NCBI GenBank assembly: GCA_963796055.1
Contig: CAWCKH010000004.1
Location: 2,432,001 to 2,496,000 of the forward strand
Direction: 5' to 3'
DNA from: an uncultured delta proteobacterium
GTDB lineage: Bacteria; Myxococcota; Myxococcia; Myxococcales; Myxococcaceae
Length of the DNA: 64,000 nucleotides
Part shown: positions 39,154-49,016 of the stretch, piece by piece
Position numbering within the stretch: position 1 is the first letter of the stretch
Layout: every line of letters begins with the position of its first letter
Translations under genes and position numbers: made by a program
The notes under the pieces: model-generated
What the model was told of the DNA's origin: nothing
What the model saw: the letters and a program-made list of their open reading frames with translations, nothing else
The model's database searches: none

Positions 39154-39963
39154 ATGCTGCGCGGCCGCTCCGTGCGTCGCGCGATCTCTCTCGTCATTTC
39201 ATGGGTGTGCGTCGCGGGCTCCGGGTGCGAGGAGCGGAGCGCGCCGCCGCTGTCCTCGCTGGCGCCCGCGCCGTTGCAGCCGCTCGGTGCAGCAGGGACG
39301 GACGCGGGGCCCGATCCACACCGACTGGCCACCGCACCGGTGTGGGGTGCTCCCCTCCCCGCAGGGGCGGTGCGGGTGACGTTCCGCAAGGGACAGGCGC
39401 AGGCGGGCGCCAGCGTGGTGTCGCTCGGCGCCGACGCAGGCGTCTCGGTGCTTCTCGGGCCAATCGGGAAAGGCCCGGTGCTGCTGGTTCCGGACGACGA
39501 GGTCTACATGGCCGAGCTGGCGCCGCTGCTCGCCGCGCTCGACGACGCGAAGGTGCCCACCTGGATCCTCCATCCGGGGGGAGCGGTCGCCTTCCAGGTC
39601 GATCTCCGCGACGAGCCCGCGTTCGACGCCTGGCTGGACGAGCCGAAGCCGGGGAAGATCCGGATCATCCAGCGGCAGGACGGGCTCGAGCTGGTGAGCG
39701 GCATCGGAAAGCTCCCCGGCACGGACCCGAACGGGCCGACAGTGCCGGTGCGTGGCGGCCGGCTCGACGTGGCGACCACCCGGGAGGGGCTGCAACGGCT
39801 GGAGAAGAGATTTCATGCGCCCGACGCCTGCCTGGTGCCCTCGTTCGGGACCGAGCTGCGTGCGGTGGGGACGGTGCTCTCCGCGTTCTGGTCCGGCCCC
39901 AAGGACCCGCTGTTCGAGCGGGTGTGCCTGGTCTATCCGAGGCCCGGTGCCCCCCGGCGCTGA
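39154..39963 (+). CDS. Hypothetical exported protein or lipoprotein, possibly with ExbD/TolR-like periplasmic folds
   Basis: Signal-like N-terminus ending GSGC and coding-like codon use. Start is 39154 or 39172. Confidence 0.65.
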   Translation: MLRGRSVRRAISLVISWVCVAGSGCEERSAPPLSSLAPAPLQPLGAAGTDAGPDPHRLATAPVWGAPLPAGAVRVTFRKGQAQAGASVVSLGADAGVSVLLGPIGKGPVLLVPDDEVYMAELAPLLAALDDAKVPTWILHPGGAVAFQVDLRDEPAFDAWLDEPKPGKIRIIQRQDGLELVSGIGKLPGTDPNGPTVPVRGGRLDVATTREGLQRLEKRFHAPDACLVPSFGTELRAVGTVLSAFWSGPKDPLFERVCLVYPRPGAPRR

Positions 39964-40028
39964 GCTGGAAAGCTCGGCCCGCCTCGGTTATCCGTTGATT
40001 GCAGAATCAGTCCTCCCGAGGTGCCTCC

Positions 40029-41831
40029 ATGGCCGCCGTGCTCCAGCCCACCCACCCCGCCACCGTTCCCCAGGGAGGGGGCTTCCTCTTCCAGGAGGCC
40101 GGGAAGACGCGCATCACCACACCGGAGTCGTTCACCGAGGAGCAGCGGCTGCTCCACAAGACGGCGTTGCAGTTCTGTCGGGAGCAGGTCCTTTCCCAGG
40201 CGGACGCCATCGAGGCCAAGACGCCGGGCCTGCTCCGTTCGCTCCTGGGCAAGGCAGGTGAGCTGGGGCTGTTGATGGTGGACATCCCCGAGCGCTTCGG
40301 TGGGCTCGGCGGAGACAAGACCACCTCGCTCCTGGTGGCCGAGGCCAACTCCCTGATGGGCAGCTGGAGCGTGACCTTCGCCGCGCACACCGGGATCGGC
40401 ACGCTTCCCATCGCCTGGTTCGGGACCGAGGCCCAGAAGGCACGCTGGTTGCCGAAGCTGGCCACCGGGGAGCTGATCGCGGCGTACGCCCTCACCGAGC
40501 AGGGCAGCGGGAGCGACGCGCTCGGGGCCAAGACCCGGGCAGTGAAGAGCCCCGACGGCAAGTCCTGGGTCCTGAACGGGAGCAAGCTCTACATCACCAA
40601 CGCCGAGTTTGCCGACGTGTTCGTGGTCTTCGCCAAGGTCGACGGTGAGCACTTCACCGGGTTCGTGGTGGAGAAGGGAACCCCCGGCCTGACGGTGGGG
40701 CCCGAGGAGCACAAGATGGGGATCCGCGGCTCGTCGACCTGCCCACTCTACTTCGAGGATGCGCGGATCCCGGTGGAAAATCTCCTCGGGGAGATCGGCA
40801 AGGGCCACAAGATCGCCTTCAACATCCTGAACCTCGGGCGGCTGAAGCTCGGGGCGGCCGTGCTCGGAGGAATGAAGCTCCAGCTGGCGAACGCGCTGAA
40901 GTTCGCCGAGGAGCGCAAGCAGTTCCGGACCCCGGTGGCGCAGTTTCCGCTCATCCGGGAGAAGCTGGCCCGGATGGCGGGGACGATCCACGCCATCGAG
41001 ACGATGACCTACCGGACCACCGGGCTCATCGACGCACTCCTGGCCAGCCAGAAGGCCAGCGCCGACGACGAGGCCAGGACCATCGCCGCCTTCGAGGAGT
41101 TCGCCATCGAGGCCTCGATCGTGAAGGTGATGGGAAGCGAGGCGCTCGGGGTCCTGGTGGACGACGCGGTGCAGATCCACGGCGGGGCGGGCTTCATCCA
41201 GGAGTACCCGGTGGAGCGTGCGTACCGCGATGCGCGGATCAACCGCATCTTCGAGGGGACCAACGAGATCAACCGGATGCTGGTCACCGGGATGCTGCTC
41301 AAGCGCGCGGTGAAGGGGACCCTGCCGCTCTTCGCCCAGGCCGACGCGGTCGAGCGGGCGCTGGCGGAGAAGCAGCTGCCGGCGGTCCAGGGCGGCGACC
41401 CGGTGGCCGGCGCCGCGCGCGATGCCGAGGCGCTGAAGCTCGCGGCGCTCTACGCCCTGAAGGTGGCCACCGCGCGCTTCGGGACGGAGATCGAGAAGCA
41501 CCAGGAGGTGATGGCCGCCATCGCCGATGTGGTGATGGACGCCTACGCGGTGGACTCCATGGTGGCCCGCACGCGCCAGGCAGCCTCCACCTCGGGACTG
41601 GATCCGGTCCGCAGTGCGATGACCGTGAACTACGCCGCGGATGCCATCGCCCGGAGCGGCGAGCGGGCCCGGCGCGCCCTCTGCCCCTCGAGCGAGGGGA
41701 GCGCGCTGGACACGCACCTCCAGCGCATCGCCCCGCTGTTCACCTTCCGGCCATTCGATCCGGCGGCGCTGCGCGAGACCGTGGTCCGTGCCGCGGAGGC
41801 CGCCGGCGGCTACCCGCTGCCGATCGTCTGA
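40029..41831 (+). CDS. Acyl-CoA dehydrogenase (long, VLCAD-like)
   Basis: YALTEQGSGSD, LNGSKLYITN, KMGIRGS, QIHGGAG and RIFEGTNEI motifs. Confidence 0.95.
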   Translation: MAAVLQPTHPATVPQGGGFLFQEAGKTRITTPESFTEEQRLLHKTALQFCREQVLSQADAIEAKTPGLLRSLLGKAGELGLLMVDIPERFGGLGGDKTTSLLVAEANSLMGSWSVTFAAHTGIGTLPIAWFGTEAQKARWLPKLATGELIAAYALTEQGSGSDALGAKTRAVKSPDGKSWVLNGSKLYITNAEFADVFVVFAKVDGEHFTGFVVEKGTPGLTVGPEEHKMGIRGSSTCPLYFEDARIPVENLLGEIGKGHKIAFNILNLGRLKLGAAVLGGMKLQLANALKFAEERKQFRTPVAQFPLIREKLARMAGTIHAIETMTYRTTGLIDALLASQKASADDEARTIAAFEEFAIEASIVKVMGSEALGVLVDDAVQIHGGAGFIQEYPVERAYRDARINRIFEGTNEINRMLVTGMLLKRAVKGTLPLFAQADAVERALAEKQLPAVQGGDPVAGAARDAEALKLAALYALKVATARFGTEIEKHQEVMAAIADVVMDAYAVDSMVARTRQAASTSGLDPVRSAMTVNYAADAIARSGERARRALCPSSEGSALDTHLQRIAPLFTFRPFDPAALRETVVRAAEAAGGYPLPIV

Positions 41832-41841
41832 GCGGACGCGG

Positions 41842-44397
41842 TCAGGGGACAACGTTCGGCGTGTGGGCGTCGTACCGCGCCTTCGCCGGCAACGTCGTCG
41901 TCTGTCCGGTGAGCGGGTTCACCCACGGCCAGGGGTTGTTGCCGAAGAACGCAGGCTTCGCGGTCAAGTAGAACGAGTTGGGGATGGTCTTCGCCCCGTT
42001 CGCCCAGACCACGCCGTTGCTGACGTTGTCCCAGTTCCCGTCGCGGAAGATGTGGGCCAGCGAATACCCGTTGTCCCATCCGAGGCCGTTGGTGTTGTCG
42101 CCCAGCCGGTAGATGGGGGTGCCGCCCTGGGAGGAGGGCGTGGCCTGGTACACCGCGCCGCCCTTGAGCACGTTGCCCACGTAGGCGTGGTCGTGGGTGT
42201 AGCCGTCCATGCCGACCGCCCGCAGGTTGGCGTTGGTGTTCCCCGAGGAGTTTCGCCCGCTGCAGTAGTTGCGAAGGTGGGTGTGCCACGCCGAGTTCCC
42301 GTGGGTGGTGTCGGCGCCGATGTTGGGTGTCCAGTTCCCCTCGATGAGGTCGTGGTGGGTGAAGTTGGCGTGGCACTCGTCGATGGCGTTCTCCTGCCAC
42401 CCCGGGCTGTTCCAGAGCACCGCCTCGTCCACGTAGTTGTAGGCAATGACGTTCCCACCACCGGTGGAGTTGAGGGCGATGGGCTTGTTGTTCTCCACGG
42501 TGACGTTGTTCTCCACCAGGCAGGCGGAGGAGCCGGCGCCGACCACGATGCCGTAGGCCTGGCCGCCAGGATTCTCGTCCGCCGAGCCGTGCGCGTAGGA
42601 ATCGCGGATGACGCAGCGGTAGCTCCGACCGATCCCGATGTTGTACCCGTACTTGCCCGGATGGTTCACCGGGTCGCCGCTCCTCCGCTCGCCATCCGCC
42701 TCGACGTTCTTCGCCCAGCAGTAGGCCATGTAGCTGAAGTTGATGGTCCCCCCGGGGAAGCCCCACTGGTTGTTGCCGCCCGCGACGGCGATGTTCTCGA
42801 TCCCCGACCAGCGATTCCCGAGCTGACCCGCGGAGGTGTTCGCCGGGATCGTCTTCCAGACCTGGGCGGTCCTCGAGACCAGGAAGTCGAGGTGGAGCGG
42901 GTCCTTGAGGGTCAGAGTGTTCCCGCTGATGGCGACGACCTCGTCGGTCTGCATCCGCGAGCGCCACGAAGGGACGGCGCTCTGGGCGGCGGCGTTGGCC
43001 GAGGAGATGTCGGAGACGTTGATCGCCGGCGCCCCGGTCGACGGGCCGCTCCAGCCGTACGTCGGCTGACGCTTGAAGTACTGGCCGTCGTAGAACCAGA
43101 GATAGCCGTCGTTGAGGTAGACGCTTCCTACCTTCGTCGCCGGCCCATCGAGCATGTCGATGGTGACCACGTCGCCGACGGCGAAGGCGCTGCCGTTGCC
43201 CACCTTGAGGGTCGTCGTCCCGCGGCCGGCGTCCGCGGTCAGCGCCTGGACCCCGAAGCTCGCGTCCCCGGTCCCGCTGCGATGGCCAAAGAGGATGACC
43301 GCGCCGTAGTCGGGGATGGTGCCATTGGCCACGATCCGGGTGGTGTCAGCGCCCTCGCCGCGGATGGTGACGTTGTCCACACGCACGTAGAGGCCGACTT
43401 GCCCCCCCGCGTTGGGCAGCTGCTGCGGATTGACGAAGTAGGTGCCCGCCTTGAGCTTGACAATCTTCCGCATGCTCGGCGTGGCGACCGCCCCCGCCGA
43501 GTTGATTGCCGCCTGCATCGCGGATGTGAACTGGACCGCCTTGGGTTGTCCGGTGAGGCTCGGGTCAACCGAGTACCCCCCGTAGGGGTCTCCCTGCGGC
43601 AGCCAGACCGACGCCGGATGGACTGGGTCGTTGTCCGTGGGGATGCCGCCCGGGATGCCAGGATTCCAGGCCGTGCGGAACGCATCGGGGATGATGGACT
43701 GGTCGACCGAGCTCCCGGCGCCGCAGACGTTGGCCACGCCGCCTCCGCCGCAGGTGTCGGAGCCGGTGCAGGAGCCGCACTGGAGCGAGCTGCCGCAGCC
43801 GTCGCTGATCGCCCCGCAGTTCTTGCCCTGGGCCGCGCACGTCGTGGGGGTGCAGCTGCCGGCGCCGCAGACGTTTGGCGTGCCTCCGCCACCACACGAT
43901 TGGCCCTGGCCGCAGGTCCCGCACGAGAGCGTCGTGCCGCAGCCGTCGCTGATGGTCCCGCAGTTCTTGCCCTGGGCGGCGCAGGTGGTCGGGATACAGG
44001 CGCTGGCGCCGCAGACGTTGGGAGTGCCTCCACCGCCACACGATTGTCCCTGGCCGCAGGTCCCGCACGAGAGTGTCGCGCCGCAGCCGTCGCTGATGGT
44101 CCCGCAATTCTTGCCCTGGGCGGCGCAGGTGGTGGGGGTGCAGGTGCCGGTCCCGCAGACGTTGGGAGCGCCTCCGCCGCCGCAGGTCTGGCCCGAGCCG
44201 CAGGCGCCGCAGCCCACACTGCCCCCGCAGCCGTCGGGGAGCGTGCCGCAGTTCTTTCCTTGTGGGCAGGAGGCCAGCGGCGTGCAGGAGGACGGGCCGC
44301 CGTCGGGAGACTCACCGTTCGAAAGCTCGACCACGCCCTGACATCCGAGGCAGAGCAGAACGACGATGCAGGCGATGGGTGCCCGTGCATGTTCCAT
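41842..44397 (-). CDS. Lipoprotein with Cys-rich repeats and a pectin-lyase-like parallel beta-helix domain
   Basis: CLGC lipobox, four 48-aa repeats, then WNPGIPGGIP, MQAAIN..G..IVKLKAGTY, VTIRGEG and Asn-rich coils. Confidence 0.8.
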   Translation of the reverse strand: MEHARAPIACIVVLLCLGCQGVVELSNGESPDGGPSSCTPLASCPQGKNCGTLPDGCGGSVGCGACGSGQTCGGGGAPNVCGTGTCTPTTCAAQGKNCGTISDGCGATLSCGTCGQGQSCGGGGTPNVCGASACIPTTCAAQGKNCGTISDGCGTTLSCGTCGQGQSCGGGGTPNVCGAGSCTPTTCAAQGKNCGAISDGCGSSLQCGSCTGSDTCGGGGVANVCGAGSSVDQSIIPDAFRTAWNPGIPGGIPTDNDPVHPASVWLPQGDPYGGYSVDPSLTGQPKAVQFTSAMQAAINSAGAVATPSMRKIVKLKAGTYFVNPQQLPNAGGQVGLYVRVDNVTIRGEGADTTRIVANGTIPDYGAVILFGHRSGTGDASFGVQALTADAGRGTTTLKVGNGSAFAVGDVVTIDMLDGPATKVGSVYLNDGYLWFYDGQYFKRQPTYGWSGPSTGAPAINVSDISSANAAAQSAVPSWRSRMQTDEVVAISGNTLTLKDPLHLDFLVSRTAQVWKTIPANTSAGQLGNRWSGIENIAVAGGNNQWGFPGGTINFSYMAYCWAKNVEADGERRSGDPVNHPGKYGYNIGIGRSYRCVIRDSYAHGSADENPGGQAYGIVVGAGSSACLVENNVTVENNKPIALNSTGGGNVIAYNYVDEAVLWNSPGWQENAIDECHANFTHHDLIEGNWTPNIGADTTHGNSAWHTHLRNYCSGRNSSGNTNANLRAVGMDGYTHDHAYVGNVLKGGAVYQATPSSQGGTPIYRLGDNTNGLGWDNGYSLAHIFRDGNWDNVSNGVVWANGAKTIPNSFYLTAKPAFFGNNPWPWVNPLTGQTTTLPAKARYDAHTPNVVP
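43721..44296 (-). repeat. Four tandem 144-nt coding repeats (48 aa, 8 Cys each)
   Basis: ccgcagacgtt recurs at 43721, 43865, 44009 and 44153; the unit is CTPTTCAAQGKNCGTISDGCGxTLSCGTCGQGQSCGGGGTPNVCG. Confidence 0.95.
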
Positions 44398-44738
44398 CCC
44401 GTCCGGGGATGTCACGCCGCACCCGCCCGGGACAAGGTGCACATCGGCGCCAAATTCGAGAAGTTCGGTGCTCGACTCGTAACTTTGTGATCAGGGCGGC
44501 GGCGAGACTTCGAGGAGACCGACAACGAAGGGTCGACCACGCCGTGGAGGGGCGGCAGCGAATGCTCCGCTCGTCACAGTCGAGTCGCCTGGCCTCGGCT
44601 TCGGACCGTGGCGGGTTGTCACGGTCCCCCGCGGGGCGCCGGAAGCGGGCGAGGCGGGGCGTCCAGGCGCGCGGACGCTTGAGCGCGTCGGTGCGCTCAT
44701 GCTGCCGCGGCTCACGCACGGCCGGGGCCGGCCCTCCC

Positions 44739-44802
44739 CGAAAACAGATGTTTGCTTCCTGCAAGCAAACAGTTTTCGAAACCACTTGCTTGCTGGAAGC
44801 AA
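44739..44802. promoter_or_regulatory. Pair of TTGCTT-N5-AAGCAA inverted repeats (operator or terminator)
   Basis: TGTTTGCTT-CCTGC-AAGCAAACA at 44749-44771 and TTGCTT-GCTGG-AAGCAA at 44786-44802, in an AT-rich patch. Confidence 0.6.
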
Positions 44803-44845
44803 TGATTCGTTTTTTGGAGGCGGCGCCCCCCCGCCAGTGTGCCCT

Positions 44846-45967
44846 TCAGACCCCGAGCGGCCGGGCGTCGTATCCAGGGAAGACGGTAGACGGCGGCACC
44901 GCCCCGTGTCGCGCGAGCACCGCAGCAAGGACGTCCCGGAAATCGTGCACCACGGGGAGGTCGCCGGGGCCCTCGAGCCGGTCCGCGTCCAGTCCGGGCC
45001 AGCGGCAGTGCATCCCGCCCGGCGTTCCGCCCCCGAGGATGAGCATCACGCCCCCACGGCCGTGGTCCGTCCCGAGGCTCGCGTTCTCCGCCACCCGCCG
45101 CCCGAACTCGGACATCACCACCACCGTGACCCGTCCGAGCGCCGGCCCGAGGTCGGTGGCGAAGGCCGACAGCCCGAGCGCCAGGGCACGCATCCGCGGC
45201 GCGACGCTCGTCTCCTGCGCGAAGTGGCTGTCCCAGCCCGGGAGGTCCACGCAGGCCGCGACCAGCCCGATGCGTGCCCGGATCAGTGCCGCGAGTTGGG
45301 CGAGCTGCCGGCCGAAGGCGTGGGCCACCTCGCCCTCGCGCGGCTCCGCGTACCGGGCCCCGTGCTCCGGGCGCACCCCCTCCGTCCGGAGCCTGGAGAC
45401 ACGCTCCGCCGCTGCGAGCGCGTCGCGTGCCGGTGCCCCGAGCCGTTCGTCTCGTGCGTAGAGCCCGCCCAGCGACGCGCACAGAGCGCTCCACTCCGGA
45501 CCGGGCGCGAGCTCCATCAGGCCGGCGAGGGCGGTGGCCGACGGTGCGCCGCGGAGACTGTCGGGGATTTCCGGGCCGGTGGTGGCCGCGGTGAGCGCCC
45601 CGTTCATCCCCCGTGCCCGAAGCCAGCGCCCGAGCCACCCCCCGGAGGCCGACGCTCCACCGCGCTCCATCAGCTCCTGGGCCACGAAGTGCGAGCGGCT
45701 GTCGTCGTCCGACCCGACTGCATGCACCACTGCCAGCTGGCCCGAGAGGAACCAGGGGTGGAGCTCGGCCAGCTCCGGCGCAAGCCCGAACCGACCGTCC
45801 AGCCGGAGCGCACGCGATGCAGGAACGCCGAGGCGTGGCCGGGCGCGGTGGTAGCCGTCGTCTCCGACCGGTGGGACGAGGGCCAGCCCATCGGCGCCCC
45901 CCCGCAGGAACACCGCCACCAGCACCCGCTCCTCGTCGGGAGACTGGCCCAGGCCGATCGTGGTCAT
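44846..45967 (-). CDS. DUF1501 domain protein
   Basis: VFLRGGADGL, SRSHF, GWDSH and SEFGRRVAENASLGTDHG motifs. Confidence 0.92.
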   Translation of the reverse strand: MTTIGLGQSPDEERVLVAVFLRGGADGLALVPPVGDDGYHRARPRLGVPASRALRLDGRFGLAPELAELHPWFLSGQLAVVHAVGSDDDSRSHFVAQELMERGGASASGGWLGRWLRARGMNGALTAATTGPEIPDSLRGAPSATALAGLMELAPGPEWSALCASLGGLYARDERLGAPARDALAAAERVSRLRTEGVRPEHGARYAEPREGEVAHAFGRQLAQLAALIRARIGLVAACVDLPGWDSHFAQETSVAPRMRALALGLSAFATDLGPALGRVTVVVMSEFGRRVAENASLGTDHGRGGVMLILGGGTPGGMHCRWPGLDADRLEGPGDLPVVHDFRDVLAAVLARHGAVPPSTVFPGYDARPLGV

Positions 45968-45971
45968 CGGT

Positions 45972-47403
45972 TCAGCACCTCTGGAAGGCCGGGGAGGCGA
46001 GGATCACCGCCAGGGGTCGTGGGCTCGCGGCGAGCGCCGTCCGCCCCACCAGGTCCGGCGCGCGCCCGAGCAGATGGGCGGCAAGACGGTCCACCCCTCC
46101 GGCGCCGGCCACGAGCGCCTGGACGTCGAGCGAGGTCCCGGTGAGCTCTCCGCCGGCCAGCGCCATCGACAGCCGCCAGCGCCACAGCAAGGTGCCCGTC
46201 CATGCCGTGGCGAGCTCGGGCGCGCCCTCGGGCGTGGGGTACTGGAACGGCGCTTGCCCCATGTGCTGCAGCAGCTCGAGCAACGGCGCTCCACCGTCGG
46301 TCCGTGCCCCGGTGGCCCGCAGCGCCGAGGCCACGGCCTGGAAGGGCCGCTTCAGTTTGGCCCTTCGTGCCTCGGGAGAGCGGAAGGCCTGGGTGCGGAA
46401 GAGCGCGCGGAGCGTGACGCGGAGGTCACCCTCGCTCTCCCGGAACGCCGCCGCGACCGTCTCCACCGCCTCCGCGGGCGGAGTGTCGGCGATGAAGCGA
46501 CGGCAGAGCTTCGTTGCGACGTGCCTGGCGGTCGCGCGGTGCGCGGCGACGATGTCGAGCAGCACCTTCGAGATCTCCGGCCCCGCCTCCGGCGGCGAGG
46601 CGATGGCCGAGCACGCGCTTCTCGCCGTCGTCGTGCAGCGCGGGATCGAACTCCACCCGTCCCTTCCGGTACCGGTGCCGGTCGCGCACGGTCCACCCGG
46701 TCAGGCACCGCGCGGCCTCCATCACGTCGGCTTGCGTGTAGCCGCCGTCCACTCCCAGGGTGTGCAGCTCCAGCAGCTCGCGGGCGTAGTTCTCGTTGGG
46801 CCGCTCGCTCGCGCTCGCGCGGCGGTTGCTCCGCCCGTCAAGGTACCAGAGCATCGCCGGGCTCAGCGCCGAGGCCCCGATCAGGTCCCGGAAACGGCCG
46901 AGCGCGTGGCGGCGGACCACCTCGCGGTCGTCGGCGGCCTTGAGCCAGGCACACTCGCCCTTGCTGGCGTCGATGTTGAGGTGGTCGCTCCAGAAGTCGA
47001 CCATCGCCTCCCGCAGCTGCCAGCGAGAGCCGACGGCGCGGAGCAACGCCGCCGAGGAGAGCTCACGGAGCAGCACCTCCGGCTTCCACTCGTACAGCTC
47101 GCCCACCGGCTGGCCGAGGGAGGCGAGCCGGCCCAGGCTCCGTCGCAGCTCGGCACCCTCCTCGCCGGTGGGCTGGAGCTGCTGCTCGACCCATCGGTCC
47201 ACCGCGTCTTCCACCCGGAGCGCGAGCGCCCGGAGGCGCTCGCGGTCACCAGGGGCCGCGCCGAAGCCGCAGCGGGAGAGCACGTGCTCGACCAGGTCCA
47301 CCTCCCGGTTCTCCGGGGCCGCTCGCGGCGCGTGGCCCAGCACTGCCACGGAGAAGACCGCCGCGCTCCCGCCCGCCAGCACGCCGCGTCTGGTCAAGGT
47401 CAT
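45972..47403 (-). CDS. DUF1800 domain protein with Tat signal; apparent frameshift near 46566
   Basis: FWSDHLN, SPAMLWYLD, PNENYARELLELHTLG and CLTGW in ORF 46426-47403, continuing as HRATARHVATKL...SPAFQRC in ORF 45972-46565. Confidence 0.9.
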
Positions 47404-47430
47404 GGGTCTGCTCCCCGGAGCGAGCGCGGC

Positions 47431-47964
47431 TCAGCTCTCGACCTGCACCGGCGGTCTCCCCAGCCGCGGCCTCGGTTGCTCGGGCAGGGACACGGGGCGG
47501 CGGGGGAGCAGCATCGCCCCCAGGCCGCTGGCGAGGGTCAGCGGGAACAGCGCGAACCACCCGAGCAGCGGGACGACGAACAGCAGCGCGAGCACTGCTC
47601 CACCGCGGAGCACGCGCCGCCACGGCTGCTGGCGATCCACCGGCGTCGCGAGCCCGGCACCGATGCGGTCCGCCAGACCGGCGGAGCCGACGAGGGCCAG
47701 GAGCAGCGGAACCATGAGCATCGCCCCGGTGACGAGCTTCACCCCTGGATGCGCGGCACGGGCGAAGACCAGGAACACGCCGACCACCGGTACCAGCGCG
47801 CCCAGCCCGGCGAGCGTCGCGGCCACCGGGCGGGTGGCGTAGGTCTCGTGCGCGCGCTCCACCGTGGGCCGGAACAGTGCCACCGCAGCCAGCCAGTAGG
47901 CGTTCAGGGCCAGGTAGGCCCCGGCGACCATCAGAAACCAGAAGAGGATGTCGGCGAGGATCAT
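47431..47964 (-). CDS. Multi-TM hypothetical membrane protein
   Basis: Four to five hydrophobic segments; GGAG RBS; ATGA overlap with the upstream gene. Confidence 0.75.
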   Translation of the reverse strand: MILADILFWFLMVAGAYLALNAYWLAAVALFRPTVERAHETYATRPVAATLAGLGALVPVVGVFLVFARAAHPGVKLVTGAMLMVPLLLALVGSAGLADRIGAGLATPVDRQQPWRRVLRGGAVLALLFVVPLLGWFALFPLTLASGLGAMLLPRRPVSLPEQPRPRLGRPPVQVES

Positions 47965-48386
47965 GGCGTCTCGGTCCTGCGGGGGGTGAAGGGGAAGTCG
48001 GGCAGCTGCTCCGGCCAGCGGGAGACCGCGGCGAGCGCGGAACGGAGCTCCGGGAGGGCGGGGCGCGGAGGGACGGGGGCAGACGGGAGCCGCGGGGCGT
48101 GCGGGACCTCGCGTGGAAGCGACACGATGCGGGCGCCGAGCGCCTCCACGGTGGAGGCAATCGGCGCCGGCCAGAGGAGGACCGTGACGGTCGCGGCCAC
48201 CGCGAACGCCGCCAGACCCGCCCCGGCGAAGGGCTCCGGTGCTGGCCGGCGATCCGCGGACCGGGCGACGAGACCCCGCCGGGCGACGCGCTCGACCCAG
48301 GCCAGGGTTGCGGGAGCGGTCGCCGGCGCCGGAGCGCGTCGTGCCGCATCCACCAGCCGGTTCCACCGCCGCTCGAGCTCACTCAT
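47961..48386 (-). CDS. Single-TM putative anti-sigma factor
   Basis: Overlaps the 3' end of the ECF gene; short cytoplasmic WNRLVDAARR segment, one TM and a Pro-rich tail. Confidence 0.6.
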   Translation of the reverse strand: MSELERRWNRLVDAARRAPAPATAPATLAWVERVARRGLVARSADRRPAPEPFAGAGLAAFAVAATVTVLLWPAPIASTVEALGARIVSLPREVPHAPRLPSAPVPPRPALPELRSALAAVSRWPEQLPDFPFTPRRTETP

Positions 48387-49005
48387 CGCCGGGCTCCCCC
48401 TCGCGCGCCGGAACCGACAGCAGCCTGCGGCCCGCGTCCTGGAGTCGGCGGCGGGCGCGGAACGCCCTGACCTTGAGCACGGTCCGGCTTCGACCGGTGA
48501 GCGCCGACACCTCCTCCAGAGGCCGCTCCTCGAGCGAGAGCAAGGTGAGGAGCAGGCGATCCTCGGCGGGGAGCTCGGCCAGGAGCGCCTCCACTGCCGC
48601 CCGCGCGGCGAGCACGTCGTCCACGCGCGGCGTCGGGTCGACGATCAGCGCGGTGACCCACTCGACCGCCGCGGCCGACAGCGGTGGCCTGTGCACCCGG
48701 CGGCTCTCCGCCCGCAGCGCGTCCCGGCAGAGATTGATCGTCAGCCGCGACAGCCAGTGCTCGAAGGGAATCCCGTCCCGCGCCTGGTACCGGTCGAGCC
48801 GGGTGAACACCGCAAGGAAGACCTCCTGGACCAGGTCGTCTTCCGGGACCGCCCGGGGCCGGTGCGCGCACACCAGGCGCCGGACCAGCGGCTCGCAGTG
48901 GCGGACCAGCTGCTCGGCCGCGGCGTTCTCGCCTCGGCGGATGCCGTCCAGGCACTCCTGGATCGACAGGGGCACGTCCGGCGGCACTGGGCAGGAAGCA
49001 GCCAT
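48379..49005 (-). CDS. ECF sigma factor
   Basis: EDDLVQEVF, FEHWLSRLTINLCRD and LKVRAFRARRRL motifs. Start uncertain (ATG 49005 or a downstream GTG). Confidence 0.9.
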   Translation of the reverse strand: MAASCPVPPDVPLSIQECLDGIRRGENAAAEQLVRHCEPLVRRLVCAHRPRAVPEDDLVQEVFLAVFTRLDRYQARDGIPFEHWLSRLTINLCRDALRAESRRVHRPPLSAAAVEWVTALIVDPTPRVDDVLAARAAVEALLAELPAEDRLLLTLLSLEERPLEEVSALTGRSRTVLKVRAFRARRRLQDAGRRLLSVPAREGEPGDE

Positions 49006-49016
49006 CCACGACCGGG

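Noticed and set aside
43721..44296. CRISPR-like periodic repeats
   Set aside because: These are in-frame 144-nt coding repeats with no unique spacers, and no cas genes are present.
44491..44700. Small ORF MSAPTRSSVR... downstream of the palindrome pair
   Set aside because: No RBS, no motif and unconvincing codon usage, so it cannot be supported from sequence alone.
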